A stretch of DNA of 64,000 nt from Anaeramoeba ignava BMAN (lineage: Eukaryota > Protista > Anaeramoebae): positions 248,001 to 312,000 of the forward strand of contig JAPDFW010000077.1 of NCBI GenBank assembly GCA_028826165.1. Direction: 5' to 3'. Positions 14,651 to 33,513 of the stretch are shown here, piece by piece. A program made the translations under genes and the position numbers. A model generated the notes under the pieces. That model made no database searches. It was not told where the DNA came from and saw only the letters and a list, made by a program, of their open reading frames with translations. Numbering within the stretch: the first letter of the stretch is position 1; each line of letters begins with the position of its first letter.

Positions 14651-15426
14651 GCATTTTATTCTCATTTCTCATTTCTTTCTCTTTTCAATTCAATTCTCTT
14701 TTCAATTCAATTCTCTTTTTCAATTTTTTTCTTTTCAATTCAATTTTTTTCTCTTTTTCAAACAAAAAAATCAATTCAAATTAAAGAATTCAATCAAAAA
14801 AACTAATTTCTTTTTTGTTTTTATTATTAAATTTAAATGAAATTTTATTTCAAATCAAAAACAAATCCTTTTCAAATATGATCAAAAAAAAAAGAAGAAT
14901 AAATAAAAGAAGAATAATAAAAGGAAAATAAATTATTTTTTAATTAGAAGATTTAATAAAGAATCATTTATTTATTTTATTATTTAAACAAAAGTAAAAA
15001 AAAGAAGAATAAGAAAAAGAATAAGAAAAAGCAATTTTGCTTTTTAATAAAAATAAGAAATAGATCAAATAAAAAATGGACAAATCCAAAAGAAAACAAA
15101 AATAACAATTTTAAATTAATTTTTTAAATTCTTTTTTGTTCTTAATATAATTTTAAATATTTTTAATTAAATTAGACAGTTTTTAATTTTAATTTTAATT
15201 AAAAAAAAGGAAAAAAAATTTTTGGACAGTTTTATTTATTTATTTAATTTTTTTTTTATTTTTAAATATAAATTGCCCACAAAATAAATAATAATAATAA
15301 ATAATAAATAATAAATAATAAAAGCAAAAAATAATTTTATTACTTTTGATCTCTTTAAAAAGTTTTTTTGGGACATTTTCTTTCTTCATTTTTTTCTTTT
15401 ATTTTCTTTTACTCTTTTTTTAAAAA

Positions 15427-17031
<1,605 letters not shown>

Positions 17032-17357
17032 ATTTGATTTCAAATCAAATCAATTCAATTCAATTCAATTCAAATCAATTCAATTCAATTCAATTCAATC
17101 CTTTTTTTCTCTTTTTCTCTTTTTTTCATTTCTCAAACAAAAAAATCAATTCAAATTAAAGAATTCAATCAAAAAAACTAATTTCTTTTTTGTTTTTATT
17201 ATTAAATTTTTATTTTTTGTAATTTCTTTATTGAAATGTAAGAAAATAAAAGAAAAAAAAAAACAAAATTAACTTTCCCAAAAGAAAAAAAAAGAAGAAA
17301 AAAAAAAGGAAAAAACAAAAAAGAAAATGGGAAAGAATTAAATCAAATCCAATCAAA

Positions 17358-20300
17358 TCAATTTGTAGATTCATCATTATTATTGTTGTTATTATTATCG
17401 TTATTATTATTATTATCATTATTGATATTATTATTGATATTATTATTGATGTTGATGTTGGTGTTTTTGTTTGTGATATTAATATTATTATTGTTGTTAT
17501 CATCATTGGATAGATCAACATTTTTTCCAAGAATTCTTTTTTGATAGAATTTTTCGAAATCATCAAGAAACCTAAATTTGGGGAAAGTTTCCAAAAAAGG
17601 GCGAGATCTCAAAGCAAAAGAACGGGAATAACCGAGTTTTTTAACTTGAACAACTTTATTTGCAAAAACGGCAGTTTGACGAACAAAAACAGGAAGAGAA
17701 TTTGCATCCAAAATCATACCATCCAAAATCGGGCCGACAAGATCAACATCTTCTTTGAGATAAATTTGCAAACGGAAAAGACCGTTAGGAAGGGGATATA
17801 TGATGATGTGAGTAAAATTGAATTGCGACTTGATTGTGTCTGAAATATAGTCCTTAAAATGCTCACTCCAAATAATATTCACAATATCATTTCCAATGTG
17901 TCTTTTTTTGTGGATTTGTTGCGGATCATCTTTTTGGGTTTTCATTCGAGTTGCCACATGAAAAATCAACTCAAGACCCGAATTTGCAAAGTATGGCGCT
18001 GTTATTCCGTTGTCGTCTGTGTACTTGTCAAGTCCTCCAATGTATCCTTGATGGGTTGCAATCTCGATATCCCATCCAAGTCCTTGGACAAACTGTTCGT
18101 ATAAAGGCGACCCATTTGAATTTTCTAAGATTTCTGTTTGTGTTTCTTGACCCCTTGACACATAAAGAACTCCCACTTTTTGTATTTCTCTCTCCATCCA
18201 TTTGTCTAGTTCGTTGATTGTCCTCACAACATGTGATGTCATGTCAAGCTCTGTTAAGTCTTTCCCTTGACTTCCAATTAATCCAAAGTGTACCAAAAAT
18301 AACCGACAAAAGTGGAATGTGTTTTTCGGTTTTGACGATCTTTTTTCGTTTTTGTGTTTTGATACTGAATCAAGAGAAAAAATTGGTTTTTGAATGGATT
18401 TTTTTGTGTTATTGCCAGTAGATTTTTGCTCTTGTGATTTTTCCCGAATTAATTTTTCTTTTTCTTTCTCAATTTGATTTTCAATTAATTTTTCTCCCTT
18501 TCTTTCTTTTTCCTCTTCTTTTATTTTTTCTCCCACAAATTCTCTTAGTGTTTTTTCTTGTTCCCTCATCTTGTTTATTATATCTCTTTCTTTGAGTTCT
18601 TCTTCTTCTTGTGTACTTCCTGTATTTTTCATTTCGAATCTTTCTTTTATATCTTCTTCTTCAGTTTCGTTTATATAATCAAGAAGTTTTTCTATCATAT
18701 CAATTTTTTCTGTATTGCGTTCAATTGAAAACTCTGGAATTTCATTTTTTTTCCTAATGTATTCACTATAAAAACATTTTTGAATTTAATTTTTAAATTT
18801 AATTTTAAATTTTGAATTAATTTTTGAATAAATTTTAAATTAATTTTGAATTTAATTTTAAATTAATTTTGAATTTATTTTTAAATTTATTTTTTTTAAT
18901 TTTAAATTAATTTTTGAATTTTAATTTTTAATTTTGAATTAATTTTGAATTTAATTTTTGAATTAAATTTTAATTTAATTTTTGATTTAAATTTTCAAAT
19001 TAATTTTTTACTCTTCTTTATTTGTTTCTTCTTCTTTTTCTTCTTCTTTTAAAATTTTAATCCATTCAATTTCATCACCAACAATTTTATTTAAAGGTTT
19101 TTCTGGAATAATTTTACCAGAATCAAGATCCAAATTCCAAGAATTCATAAGTTCAAGATCCCAAACAAATCTACCAGTTGAATCACGAGTAATAAGTCTT
19201 ATTGTTGAATTAGTATCTGAAGGTAATTTATGAAGAAGAAAAAAGGTTCTTTCACCAAAAGTGAAATTTTGAGAATATTCTTGAATTTCAGGAACAATTT
19301 CTTGAGGAACATCATCATAATCTTTTACAAGAGAAGACATAACTTCAGGTCCAGCAGAAAAAGGGAAATTATTTAAATGATTGAGAACTGAAAGTAATAA
19401 ATTTTCTCCTGCATCTCGTAATTCTTCTGGTAATTGAATCAATAAAAATCTGTTTGATTTATCTTGTTTTTGAAGTTGAATTGTCATTGGTCTTCTTTCG
19501 TTCGGATTTTCCATTTGATTCCCTGATCGATCTCTTCCGTGAAGGATATTCGTTGAATCAGGACTTATTACTGTAAGTAAATTTTCAATTCCAAATAAGC
19601 ATGAATCTAATGTTTTGAATATTAATTCACAGATATATGTGTTTGTCATCATAATTGGGGTTTGCATTATGTAATCTGGAATAACATCTAATATTGATAT
19701 TAAAAATGTTGGAAGTACTGTTTCAATTCTCATTGTTTTTTTATCTGGTTCCATTTTTTTGATTGAATCAACTTTGTCGATAATTAATAAACATAAATCT
19801 TTTATTAATGAAACGGTAATTCCCTAATATTTTTATAAACATTTTTATAAATTTTTTATAAATATTTTTATAAATATTTTTATAAATATTTTTATAAATG
19901 TTTTTATAAATATTTTTATAAATTTTTATAAATTTTTTTGTAAATATTTTTATAAATATTTTTATAAATATTTTTATAAATATTTTTATAAATGTTTTCT
20001 ATAAATATTTTTATAAATATTTTTATATTTTTTATAAATGTTTTTTATAAATATTTTTATAAATATTTTTTATAAATGTTTTTATAAATATTTTTATACA
20101 TATTTTTATAAATATTTTTTATAAATATTTTTTATAAATTTTTTTATAAATATTTTTATAAATTTTTTATAAATGTTTTATAAATATTTTTATAAATATT
20201 TTTATAAATATTTTTGTAAATATTTTTGTAAATATTTTTATAAATATTTTTATACATGTTTTTATAAATGTTTTATAAATTTTTATAAAATTTTTATAAA

Positions 20301-23300
20301 TTTTTATTAAATATTTTTATATATTTTATAAATATTTTTATAAATGTTTTTATAAATGTTTTTTATAAATATTTTTATAAATGTTTTTATAAATTTTTAT
20401 AAATATTTTTATAAATATTTTTATAAATATTTTTATAAATATTTTTTATAAATTTTTATAAATATTTTTATAAATATTTTTTATAAATATTTTTTATAAA
20501 TATTTTTATAAATATTTTTATAAATATTTTTATAAATATTTTTATAAATGTTTTTATAAATTTTACAGAATCAATTTCTTGAATCCTATTCGAAAATAAA
20601 GCTAATGTTTTCAAACAATAAGATGCTGTTTTGGATGTTGATTCATTTGTTGATGTTAAAGCAGTTTGAAAAAATTTCAAAGAATCTGTAATAATTGATT
20701 TTGAGGGAGGTTGTGATGAATTCAACTCAGCCATAGAAACTGATAATAAACTCCACAAAATATAATTTGTTACATTCATCGGATGATTTTTCTTTCCAAA
20801 TCCAATTAAAATATCATTAATTCTTTTTCTATAAGATTTCACATTTGAGAAAAGTTCTGTTATTTGGAATTTTTTATATTGATTTTTCCATTCTTCTCTA
20901 ACTTTTTCTTGCCTTTCCATTTCTTTCTTCTTTTTTTCATTTAACTGTTCTTTAGTCATATTTTCTTCTTGAAACTCTCTTCCAAATTCTTCTCTTTGAT
21001 TAACTTCTGTTTCTAAAATTTTATCAAGTTCGATAAAATGAGAAAAGTTTTGAATATCATATCTAAAAAACTTTTGAGAATCAAAAATATCCACATTTAA
21101 AAATTGTTCTTGAAAACAAATCATTGAAGAAAGTAAAGTAATTGCATGCAAAGAAATATTCTCATCCACATTATATTTATATTTTGGATTTAACTAAAAA
21201 AAAACAAAAATAATTTAAACTTAAAATTAAATTTAAATTTATTTTTTTAATTATTAAAATATTTACATAATTGGTTAATGAATCTAAAATTGGATTTGAT
21301 AAACAATTAACTCCAGGAAAACAATAACCAAAAAGATGAGAACAATATCGAATTATATTAGTTGTAACAGCATGATCATTTAGAAGCAAACCCTTTTACA
21401 AAAAAAAATATTTAAATTTAAAATTTAAAATTTAAAATTTTGTTTTTAAATTATTTTTAAATTACATCTGAAATAACTTGATAAAATAATCCTAAATATC
21501 TATTATCTATTGGTTTTTGAGTTCGACAAAACAACATTGCTATTCCTCCATATGCTATTGCTCTTCCTTCTGGATTATTTCCTTCTCCATAACAAACTTG
21601 AATAAATTTTGGAAGAAATAATTCAAAATAAGGTGGTTCTTCATAATGAGTTCCTAAAATAATTTTAATTCAATAAAAGTAATTTGGTTTTTTTTTTTAA
21701 ATAAAATTTTTCTTTGTCTTGTTTTCAAAAAAAAAATTTCACCTTTTTCAATTTTTGATTGAATTTTTAAAAGTAAATCATAAATTTCAATATAGCTTGA
21801 TATCATTAAAACAAAAGCCTTTTCATGTGTAATTAAATTGATATTTCCAGGAGTATCTATTATAAAAAATAAATTTACATGAAATTGAAATTTAGAAAAT
21901 TTTTAAAATTTAAAATTTAGAATAATAAATACGAAAGAATTTTGACCAAAACAAATGAGCAATTTTTTTTGGCCATGAATAATTATCGAAATTCAAACTA
22001 ATTAAAACAAAAACAAATATTTTTTTTAATGATTTAATTCAAAATAAAATTTATATTTTTTAAATTTTTACAAATATTCTAAACTTTGTTCTCCTGGTGA
22101 TGTTGTAGGAATTAATTGAAGTTCACGATCTACTTTCTAAATAAATATTTTTTTTTTTTCAAAAATAAATTTACATGAAATCAAAATTTATATTTAAATT
22201 TACTAAAGGATATTTATTTCTTGAATCAATATCAGAACAAAGTGTTAAATTTGGATTAGATCTTCTTGAGAATTCAATTTCTTGATTCATTGTTAAAACT
22301 TTATCTTTCAATCCAAATAAAAAATGATGAAACATTGCTGTTAATTTCATCATTACTCGCTAAAATTAGAATAAAAATTCATTTTTAAAATTAAAATAAA
22401 AATTCATTTTGAATTTAAAATTACCTTCCATTGAATAATAGCAACAGGTGAATTACTTGATGTAAAAAACATTGTTTTAAGAAGTTCCCAATGATATCTG
22501 GAAGTTGTTCTTGATGAGATCCAAATTTTAAATAAAATCTTTTGATTGTTTTTAATTTTTTAATTTTTTAATTTTTTGTTAAAGTGAATTTTTAAAAGAA
22601 AAATAATTTAATATAAATTCTTACTCCAAATAAATTGGGAGAAATTTTATTATAAATATCTGTCCAAGTTGAATCTTTTGAAATTGATTTGAAAATATTT
22701 TTGGTAATTTTCATGTAACTTTCTAAAAGACATGACCATGTATCTTTAAATAAAAATTCATTTTTTTCTTTTGCAATTAAATCAAATAATTCAATATAAC
22801 GTTTAAATCTTTCTAAAATTAGTTTAAAATCGCAATTAGAGATGTTAATAGAAAAAGCTGATAAAAGATCCAAAATTAATCTTTTATAATAAAATTGCAA
22901 ATTATTTTGAACAACAGGAGGTCTTTTAGTTTTATCCTAAATTTAATTTAATTCAAAATTGATTCAAAATTGATTTAATTTAATTCAAAATTAATTCAAA
23001 ATTGATTTAAATTATTTTTTGTTGAATTAACTAAAAATTACTTGAACCCAATCAAAATGTAAATCAATTAAAATTTGTGCATGTTTTTCATGTTTTGTTG
23101 TTAATAATAATCCTTGACGAGAAATTTCCATAATAATTTGAAAGTTTTCCAAATTTTCAAAAACAGCAAGTGACATATCTTCTTCATCAATCCATTTTTT
23201 AATAAATTCAATCAAAACAATCTCAATTTCAAAAGGACAATTAGTAATAAAACCTTTATTTTAAATTTAAATTTAATTTTAATTTATAATTTTAATTTTA

Positions 23301-24714
23301 ATAATTATAATTTATAATTTATAATTTTAATTATAATTTTAATTTTAATTTTAATTATAATTTTAATTTATAATTTATAATTTTAATTTTAATTTTAATA
23401 ATTATAATTTTAATTTTAATTTATAATTTTAATTTTAATTTTAATTATAAATTTACCATCATTAGAATCAATCATATTTAATTCTTTAAACATTTTTGGA
23501 AATAAAGGAGGTAAAATTTCGCTTTTTAAAAGTTCAATCCAAAATTTTTTGTTTTTAGTTGTAGATGTAACAAAATCTAATAAATCAGTAAAAAGTTCAA
23601 CAGCTTCTGGAATTTGATAAGCTTGTGTTTTTTCTTTATGCATAACTGAAATTCCATTAACTAATAAATTGAAAAAAATTAAATTGAAAAAATTAAATTG
23701 AAAAAAATTAAATTGAATTTATACTTTCAATTTGTGTTGATGGAAGAGTTATATTTAAATTTGGATAATTTTGTAGAAAAGGATAAAAATTTATTGCATT
23801 TTGAAAAACAGTTAATGCTTTTTTTTCTGTTGTATCTTCTTGAGAATCAATAAAAATTAATAATAATCTAAGTCCATGTTTTCTAACAATTGATCTATTT
23901 TTTAAACTACAACTTGTTTCCAATAATTGAACTTTTTATTTTTAAAATATAATAATATAAATAAAAAATAAAAAGATTTTAAATGAGAAAAATTTTGTTG
24001 AAATTTTTAAAAGGAAAAAGAAAAAAAAGAAAAAGAAAAATGAAAAAGAAAAAGGAGAGATCCGAAAAAGAAAAAAAATAATAAAAATAAACGAAAAAGA
24101 ATAAGGAATAATTTTTTTTTTGGGGGGAGTTTTTTTGCTTTAAATCATTTCTATAAATTTATTTTTTTAAAAAAAGAAAAAATTATTATTTACTTATGCT
24201 TTTGCTTTGCCATTTTTTTTTTAAAATATCTTGAACTGATTCAAATAATTTTTCCAATAAAGTAAAAAGCATAACAATATCATTTTGAGAAGGAGGTTTT
24301 AATTCTAAAAGCAAAAAAAAATTTAATTTAAAAATTTAATTGAAAATTTAATTTAAAAATTTAATTTAAAAATTTAATTTAAAAATTTAATTTAAAAATT
24401 TAAGTATCAAACTCTTTTGTTTTCCTGCTGATGAATAACCATAAAAAACATCTAGAATTAATTCATAAATTAAATTGTAATTTTCTTGAAGTTTCGTTAT
24501 TCTTTCATCTTCTTTTACCATTTCTAAATTAATTTAAAATTTAAAATTATAAAATATAAAATTTCAATTTATAAATTTTTCGTTTTTGTTTTTCTTTTTG
24601 TTTGTGTTTTTGTTTGTGTTTACGACAAATTTCAGAAATTGCTTTTAATCTTCTTAATCCTTCTTTTGATTCATCATTAAAAGTTGAATTTAATTTTGCA
24701 AGTTTTTTCGACAT
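17358..24714 (-). CDS. RALGAPA: Ral GTPase-activating protein alpha subunit-like (Rap-GAP domain), ~17 exons
   Basis: C-terminal Rap-GAP motifs KVGVLYV..GQE, FVQGLGW, IFHVATRM, KKRHIGND.V.IIWSE. N-terminus resembles RalGAP-alpha (RRLKAI, LLEKL..KWQ..SI, VRKHGLRLLL). Introns traced by hand are GT-AG and keep frame. Confidence 0.85.
19826..20560 (-). repeat. 12-bp minisatellite (ATTTTTATAAAT)n filling a RalGAP intron
   Basis: Directly visible between the donor near 20566 and the acceptor near 19824. Confidence 0.92.
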
Positions 24715-24857
24715 TTTTAAAAATGAAAATAAACAAAATTTCTTTTGTTAAAAAAAAAATGAATTTTTAATTTTTCTTTTTTTTTTTAATTTTTTTAATT
24801 TTTAATTAAGAGAACCACACATATTAATTTTCTTCTAAAATAATTTCTCATTTCATT

Positions 24858-25905
24858 TATAATTAAATACTAAATTAAAATTAATTTATTTTTTGATATT
24901 TTTTTTATTAAAAATTAAATAATAAAATTTAATTTTTTCCAATTTTTAAATAAATTTATGATTTATAATTAAATTTAAATTAATTTTATTTTTAAATATA
25001 GAAAAGATTTATAATTAAATATTTAATTGAAAATTAATTTATTTTTTGATATTTTTTTATTAAAAATTAAATAATAAAATTTAATTTTTTCCAATTTTTA
25101 AATAAATTTATGATTTATAATTAAATTTAAATTAATTTTATTTTTAAATTTATAAAAGATTTATAATTAAATATTTATTTAAAATTAATTTATTTTTTGA
25201 TATTTTTTTATTAAAAACTAAATAATAAAATTTAATTTTTTCCAATTTTTAAATAAATTTATAATTTATAATTAAATTTAAATTAATTTTATTTTTAAAT
25301 ATAGAAAAAGATTTATAATTAAATATTTAATGAAAATTAATTTATTTTTTGATATTTTTTTATTAAAAACTAAATAATAAAATTTAATTTTTCCAATTTT
25401 TAAATAAATTTATAATTTATAATTAAATTTAAATTAATTTTATTTTTAAATTTATAAAAGATTTATAATTAAATATAATTTAATTGAAAAATTTTTTGAA
25501 AATAAATTTTTCATTTTTCCAATTTTAAAAATGGATGAAAATTAAAAAAATTTAAACCAATTTCAGCAAAAATATAAAAAAAAGATTTAATAATTAAATA
25601 CTAATTTAAAATTAATTTATTTTTGATATTTTTATTAAACTAAATAATAAAATTTAATTTTTTCCAATTTTTAAATAAATTTATAATTTATAATTAAATT
25701 TAAATTATTTTATTTTTAAATTTTAATTGATTTTAATTAAATTTTTATTTAAAATTAATTTATTTTTTGATATTTTTTTATTAAAAATTAAATAATAAAA
25801 TTTAATTTTTTCCAATTTTTAAATATATTTATAATTTATAATTAAATTTAAATTAATTTTATTTTTAAATTTATAAAAGATTTATAATTAAATATTTAAT
25901 TGAAA
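24858..25905. repeat. ~152-bp AT-rich tandem repeat, ~6 copies, between divergent RalGAP and MBOAT starts
   Basis: TTAATTTATTTTTTGATA anchor at about 24881, 25034, 25185, 25337, 25612, 25755. Confidence 0.88.
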
Positions 25906-25954
25906 AAATTTTTTTGAAAATAAATTTTTTTCATTTTTCAATTTTAAAAAAAAA

Positions 25955-28298
25955 ATGGATAGAAAATTAAAAAAGAAAGAACCAACTCAGCAAAACAATA
26001 AAAACAACAATAATAAAGAAACGGAAACAAATCTTAATTTTAATTTTAACAACCAAGACCATCATTATTTTTGAAGATATTAATTTTAATTTGAAGGAGC
26101 TTTAAATTTAATTGCTTTTATTTTTTTTACTTACAATTGAAAAATGATTGATAATTATCTTAAATTTAAAATTTTGATTAATTTTAATTTTTGTTTAAAT
26201 TTTTGCCTTTTTTTTATTTTTCTTTTATTTTTTATTTTAATTTTTTAATTTTAAATCAAAATTTTAATTTTAATTTTAATTTTAATTTTAATTTTAATTT
26301 TTATTTTAATTTTAATTTTAATTTTAATTTTTAATTTTAATTTTTAATTTTAATTTTAATTTTAATTTTAATTTTAATTTTTAATTTTTAATTTTAATTT
26401 TAATTTTAATTTTTAATTTTTAATTTTAATTTTAATTTTTAATTTTAATTTTAATTTTAATTTTAATTTTATTTTAATTTTAATTTTAATTTTAATTTTA
26501 ATTTTAATTTTAATTTTAATTTATTAATTTTAATTTTAATTTTGAATTTTAATTTTTAATTTTATTTACTTTTATTTTAATTATGTTTATTTTAATTATA
26601 ATTTTAATTTTAATTTTAATTTTAATTTTAAATTCAAAAAAAAATTTTAAATTAAATATTAATTTTAATTTTAATTAATTAGGGAATGTAAATATTTTTA
26701 AATATTTACTCATTCTTATTTATAAAAAAAATGCTTTATAAAATATAAATATAAATATCAAAAATTATAAATATTTTATTTATACTTCTTGCTTAAATAA
26801 AATGTTTATTTATAAATATAAATATAAATATAAATATAAATATAAATATAAATATAAATATAAAATTAAAAATATAAATTAAATAAATATAAATATAAAT
26901 ATAAATATAAATATAAATATAAATATAAATATAAATATAAATATAAATATAAATATAAATATAAATATAAATATAAATATAAATATAAATATCAATATAA
27001 ATATAAATATAAATATAAATATAAATATAAATATTTAAAATTAAAAATTAAAAATTATTTTTAGTTAGTTCAGCCGCAATTTATCTTCAAATGGCAGTTA
27101 ATGCTATGAAAATGCATTCATTTTTTTTCACAAATAAACAAGTAGCTTTTAGAAAAGGAAATAAAATGGAAAGTGATGATCCAGATTCTTCTAAAAAAAT
27201 TGTTCCTAAACCAAAAGATTGTTCATTTACACATTTTTCTTTGTTTATGTTATATCCAATTTTAGTTTTTGAATTTTCTTATCCAAGAAAATCTCGACGA
27301 AATTGGTTAAAATTACTTCAATATTTTGTTATGTAATTTAGTTTGAAATTAAAATTAAAATTCATATTGAAATTAAAATTAAAATTAAAATTAAAATTCA
27401 TATTGAAATTAAAATTGAAATTAAAATTCATTTTGAAATTGAAATTAAAATTAAAATTAAAATTAAAATTCATTTTGAAATTGAAATTAAAATTAAAATT
27501 AAAATTCATTTTGAAATTAAAATTAAAATTAAATTTAAAATTAAAATTAAAATTAAAATTAAAATTAAAATTAAAATTAAAATTAAAATTAAAATTAAAA
27601 TTAAAATTAAAATTAAAATTAAAATTAAAATTGAAATTAAAATTAAAATTAAAATTAAAATTCATTTTGAAATTAAAATTAAAATTCATTTTGAAATTAA
27701 AATTAAAATTAGGATGTGGTTAAGTTTTTTTGTGACATATATGATATTAAATTACAAATATGTAGCAGTCTATCAAGAATACATATTAACGAATTTCTGG
27801 TTAGCAGTATTTAAATTAGGAGTATCAACATTAATATTATATTTAACATTATTTTATGGAGTATTTCATTGTTTTTTAAATTTCACTGCAGAATTACTAC
27901 TTTATTCAGATCGAAAATTCTATGAAGATTGGTGGAATGTAACATCATTTGAAGCCTATTATATTCGTTGGAATACATTAGTTCATGAATGGTTTTTAAG
28001 GCATATTTATATTGACACAATGAGAGATATTAAATTTTCAAAAACAAATGCAAATCTTCTTTGTTTTGTTACTTCTGCTCTTTGGCATGAGTTTATTCTT
28101 ACTTTAACTTTCAAAATGTTTCGTCCTTATATTTCTGTTTCAATGTTCTTCTCCATTTTATTAATCTCAATTACAAAACACCCCTTTTTTAAAAAAACTG
28201 GTTTTGGTAACTTGATTTTGTGGATAGGAATGACTCTTTTTCAATCTATGATGTATGCTGCTTATGCTCGTTCTTGGTATTTGTTGAAATTGACTTGA
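25955..28298 (+). CDS. MBOAT family sterol/diacylglycerol O-acyltransferase (SOAT/DGAT1 type); 3' exons ~27065-27332 and 27713-28298 clear, 5' exons unreadable
   Basis: [21 protein letters not shown], catalytic SALWHE; intron 27333-27712 keeps frame; start at 25955 is tentative. Confidence 0.75.
26260..27035 (+). repeat. (TTTTAA)n and (AAATAT)n microsatellites, presumably intronic in the MBOAT gene
   Basis: TTTTAA array ~26260-26680; AAATAT array ~26815-27035. Confidence 0.85.
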
Positions 28299-28435
28299 TT
28301 TTTTCTTTTGATTTTTAAATAGATTCCTTAATCATAATTCTCTTTTTTTTTTTTACTTTTAATTTCAAAAAAAATCAAATTAAAAAATGAAAATTAAAAA
28401 ATAAGGAAATAGTTTCTTTTATTTTTTGGAATTTT

Positions 28436-30797
28436 AGATTGATTATTTAAATTGATATTTAAATTTATTATTAAATTTATTATTAAATTAATTATTAAAT
28501 TGATTATTAAATTAATTATTAAATTAATTATTTAAATTGATTATTAAATTAATTATTAAATTGATTATTAAATTGATTATTAAATTGATAATTAAATTTA
28601 TTATTAAATTAATTATTAAATTAATTATTAAATTAATTATTAAATTAATTATTAAATTGATTATTAAATTGATTATTAAATTGATTATTAAATTAATTTT
28701 TAAATTGATTTTTAAATTAATTATTAAATTAATTATTAAATTAATTATTAAATTAATTATTAAATTGATTATTAAATTAATTATTAAATTAATTATTAAA
28801 TTGATTATTAAATTTATTATTAAATTAATTATTAAATTAATTATTAAATTAATTATTAAATTATTTATTAAATTGATTATTTAAATTGATTATTAAATTA
28901 ATTATTAAATTGATTATTAAATTGATTATTAAATTGATTATTAAATTAATTATTAAATTATTTATTTAAATTGATTTTTAAAATTTATTAAAATTATTAA
29001 ATTAATTATTAAATTTATTATTAAATTAATTATTAAATTAATTATTAAATTAATTATTAAATTAATTATTAAATTGATTATTAAATTAATATTTAAATTA
29101 ATTATTAAATTAATTATTAAATTAATTATTAAATTAATTATTAAATTAATTATTAAATTGATATTTAAATTAATTATTAAATTTATTATTAAATTGATAT
29201 TTTAAATTGATTATTAAATTGATTATTAAATTGATAATTAAATTGATAATTAAATTAATTATTAAATTTATTATTAAATTTATTATTAAATTGATTATTA
29301 AATTGATTATTAAATTATAAAATTAATTATTAAATTTATTATTAAATTGATATTTAAATTGATTTTTAAATTAATTATTAAATTAATTATTAAATTGATA
29401 ATTAAATTAATTATTAAATTAATTATTAAATTGATAATTAAATTAATTATTAAATTTATTATTAAATTGATTATTAAATTAATTATTAAATTAATTATTA
29501 AATTAATTATTAAATTAATTATTTAAATTGATTATTTAAATTGATTATTTAATTAATTATTAAATTGATTATTAAATTGATTATTAAATTAATTTTTAAA
29601 TTAATTATTAAATTATTTATTAAATTAATTATTAAATTAATTATTAAAATTATTTAAATTAATTATTAAATTGATTATTAAATTGATTATTAAAATTATT
29701 TATTAAAAATTAATTTTTAAATTAATTATTAAATTAATTATTAAATTATTAAATTAATTATTAAATTATTTATTAAATTAATTATTAAATTGATTATTAA
29801 ATTGATTATTAAAATTAATTATTAAATTGATTATTAAAATAAATTAATAAATTTATTTTTAAATTGATTATTAAATTAATTATTAAATTAATTATTAAAT
29901 TGATTATTAAATTAATTATTAAATTAAATTAATTAATTATTTAAATTAATTATTAAATTATTGATTAATTAAAAAAATAATTATAAAAATTATTTAAATT
30001 GATTATTAAATTGATTATTAAATTGATTATTAAATTAATTATTAAATTGATTATTAAATTGATTATTAAATTAATTTTTTAAATTAATTATTAAATTGAT
30101 ATTTAAATTAATTATTAAATTGATTATTAAATTGATTATTAAATTAATTATTAAATTAATTATTAAATTAATTATTAAATTGATTATTAAATTAATTATT
30201 AAATTAATTATTAAATTGATTATTAAATTTATTATTAAATTGATTATTAAATTGATATTTAAATTGATATTTAAATTGATTATTAAATTGATTATTAAAA
30301 TTGATTATTAAATTAATTATTAAATTAATTATTAAATTGATTATTAAATTAATTATTAAATTAATTATTTAAATTGATATTAAAAATATTTAAATTAATT
30401 AAATTAATTATTAAATTGATATTTAAATTAATTATTAAATTAATTATTAAATTGATTATTAAATTGATTATTAAATTTATTATTAAATTGATTATTAAAT
30501 TGATTATTAAATTGATATTTAAATTAATTATTAAATTATTTATTAAATTGATATTTAAATTAATTATTAAATTGATTATTAAATTAATTATTAAATTAAT
30601 TATTAAATTAATTATTAAATTAATTATTAAATTAATTATTTATTAAATTAATTAAATTAATTATTTAAATTTATTATTAAATTAATTATTAAATTGATTA
30701 TTTAAATTGATATTTGAATTGATTATTAAATTGATATTTAAATTAATTATTTAATTGATTTTTAAATTGATATTTAAATTGATTTTTGAATTGATAT
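28436..30797. repeat. 2.4-kb 12-bp minisatellite (AAATT[A/G]ATTATT)n between convergent MBOAT and SF1 genes
   Basis: Directly visible; ends at the SF1 stop codon. Confidence 0.95.
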
Positions 30798-33406
<2,609 letters not shown>

Positions 33407-33513
33407 TTTAATAATAATAAAAAATGAAAAAAAATGAAAAAAAAAAATGAATTATGATGTTTGTTTTTATTTAAAAAAAGGGAAAAACAAAATTTTTTTT
33501 CTCCTTTTTTTTT

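Noticed and set aside
17358-24714. Non-canonical splicing or alternative genetic code in the fragmented RalGAP gene
   Set aside because: Every junction traced resolves with GT-AG and standard stops.
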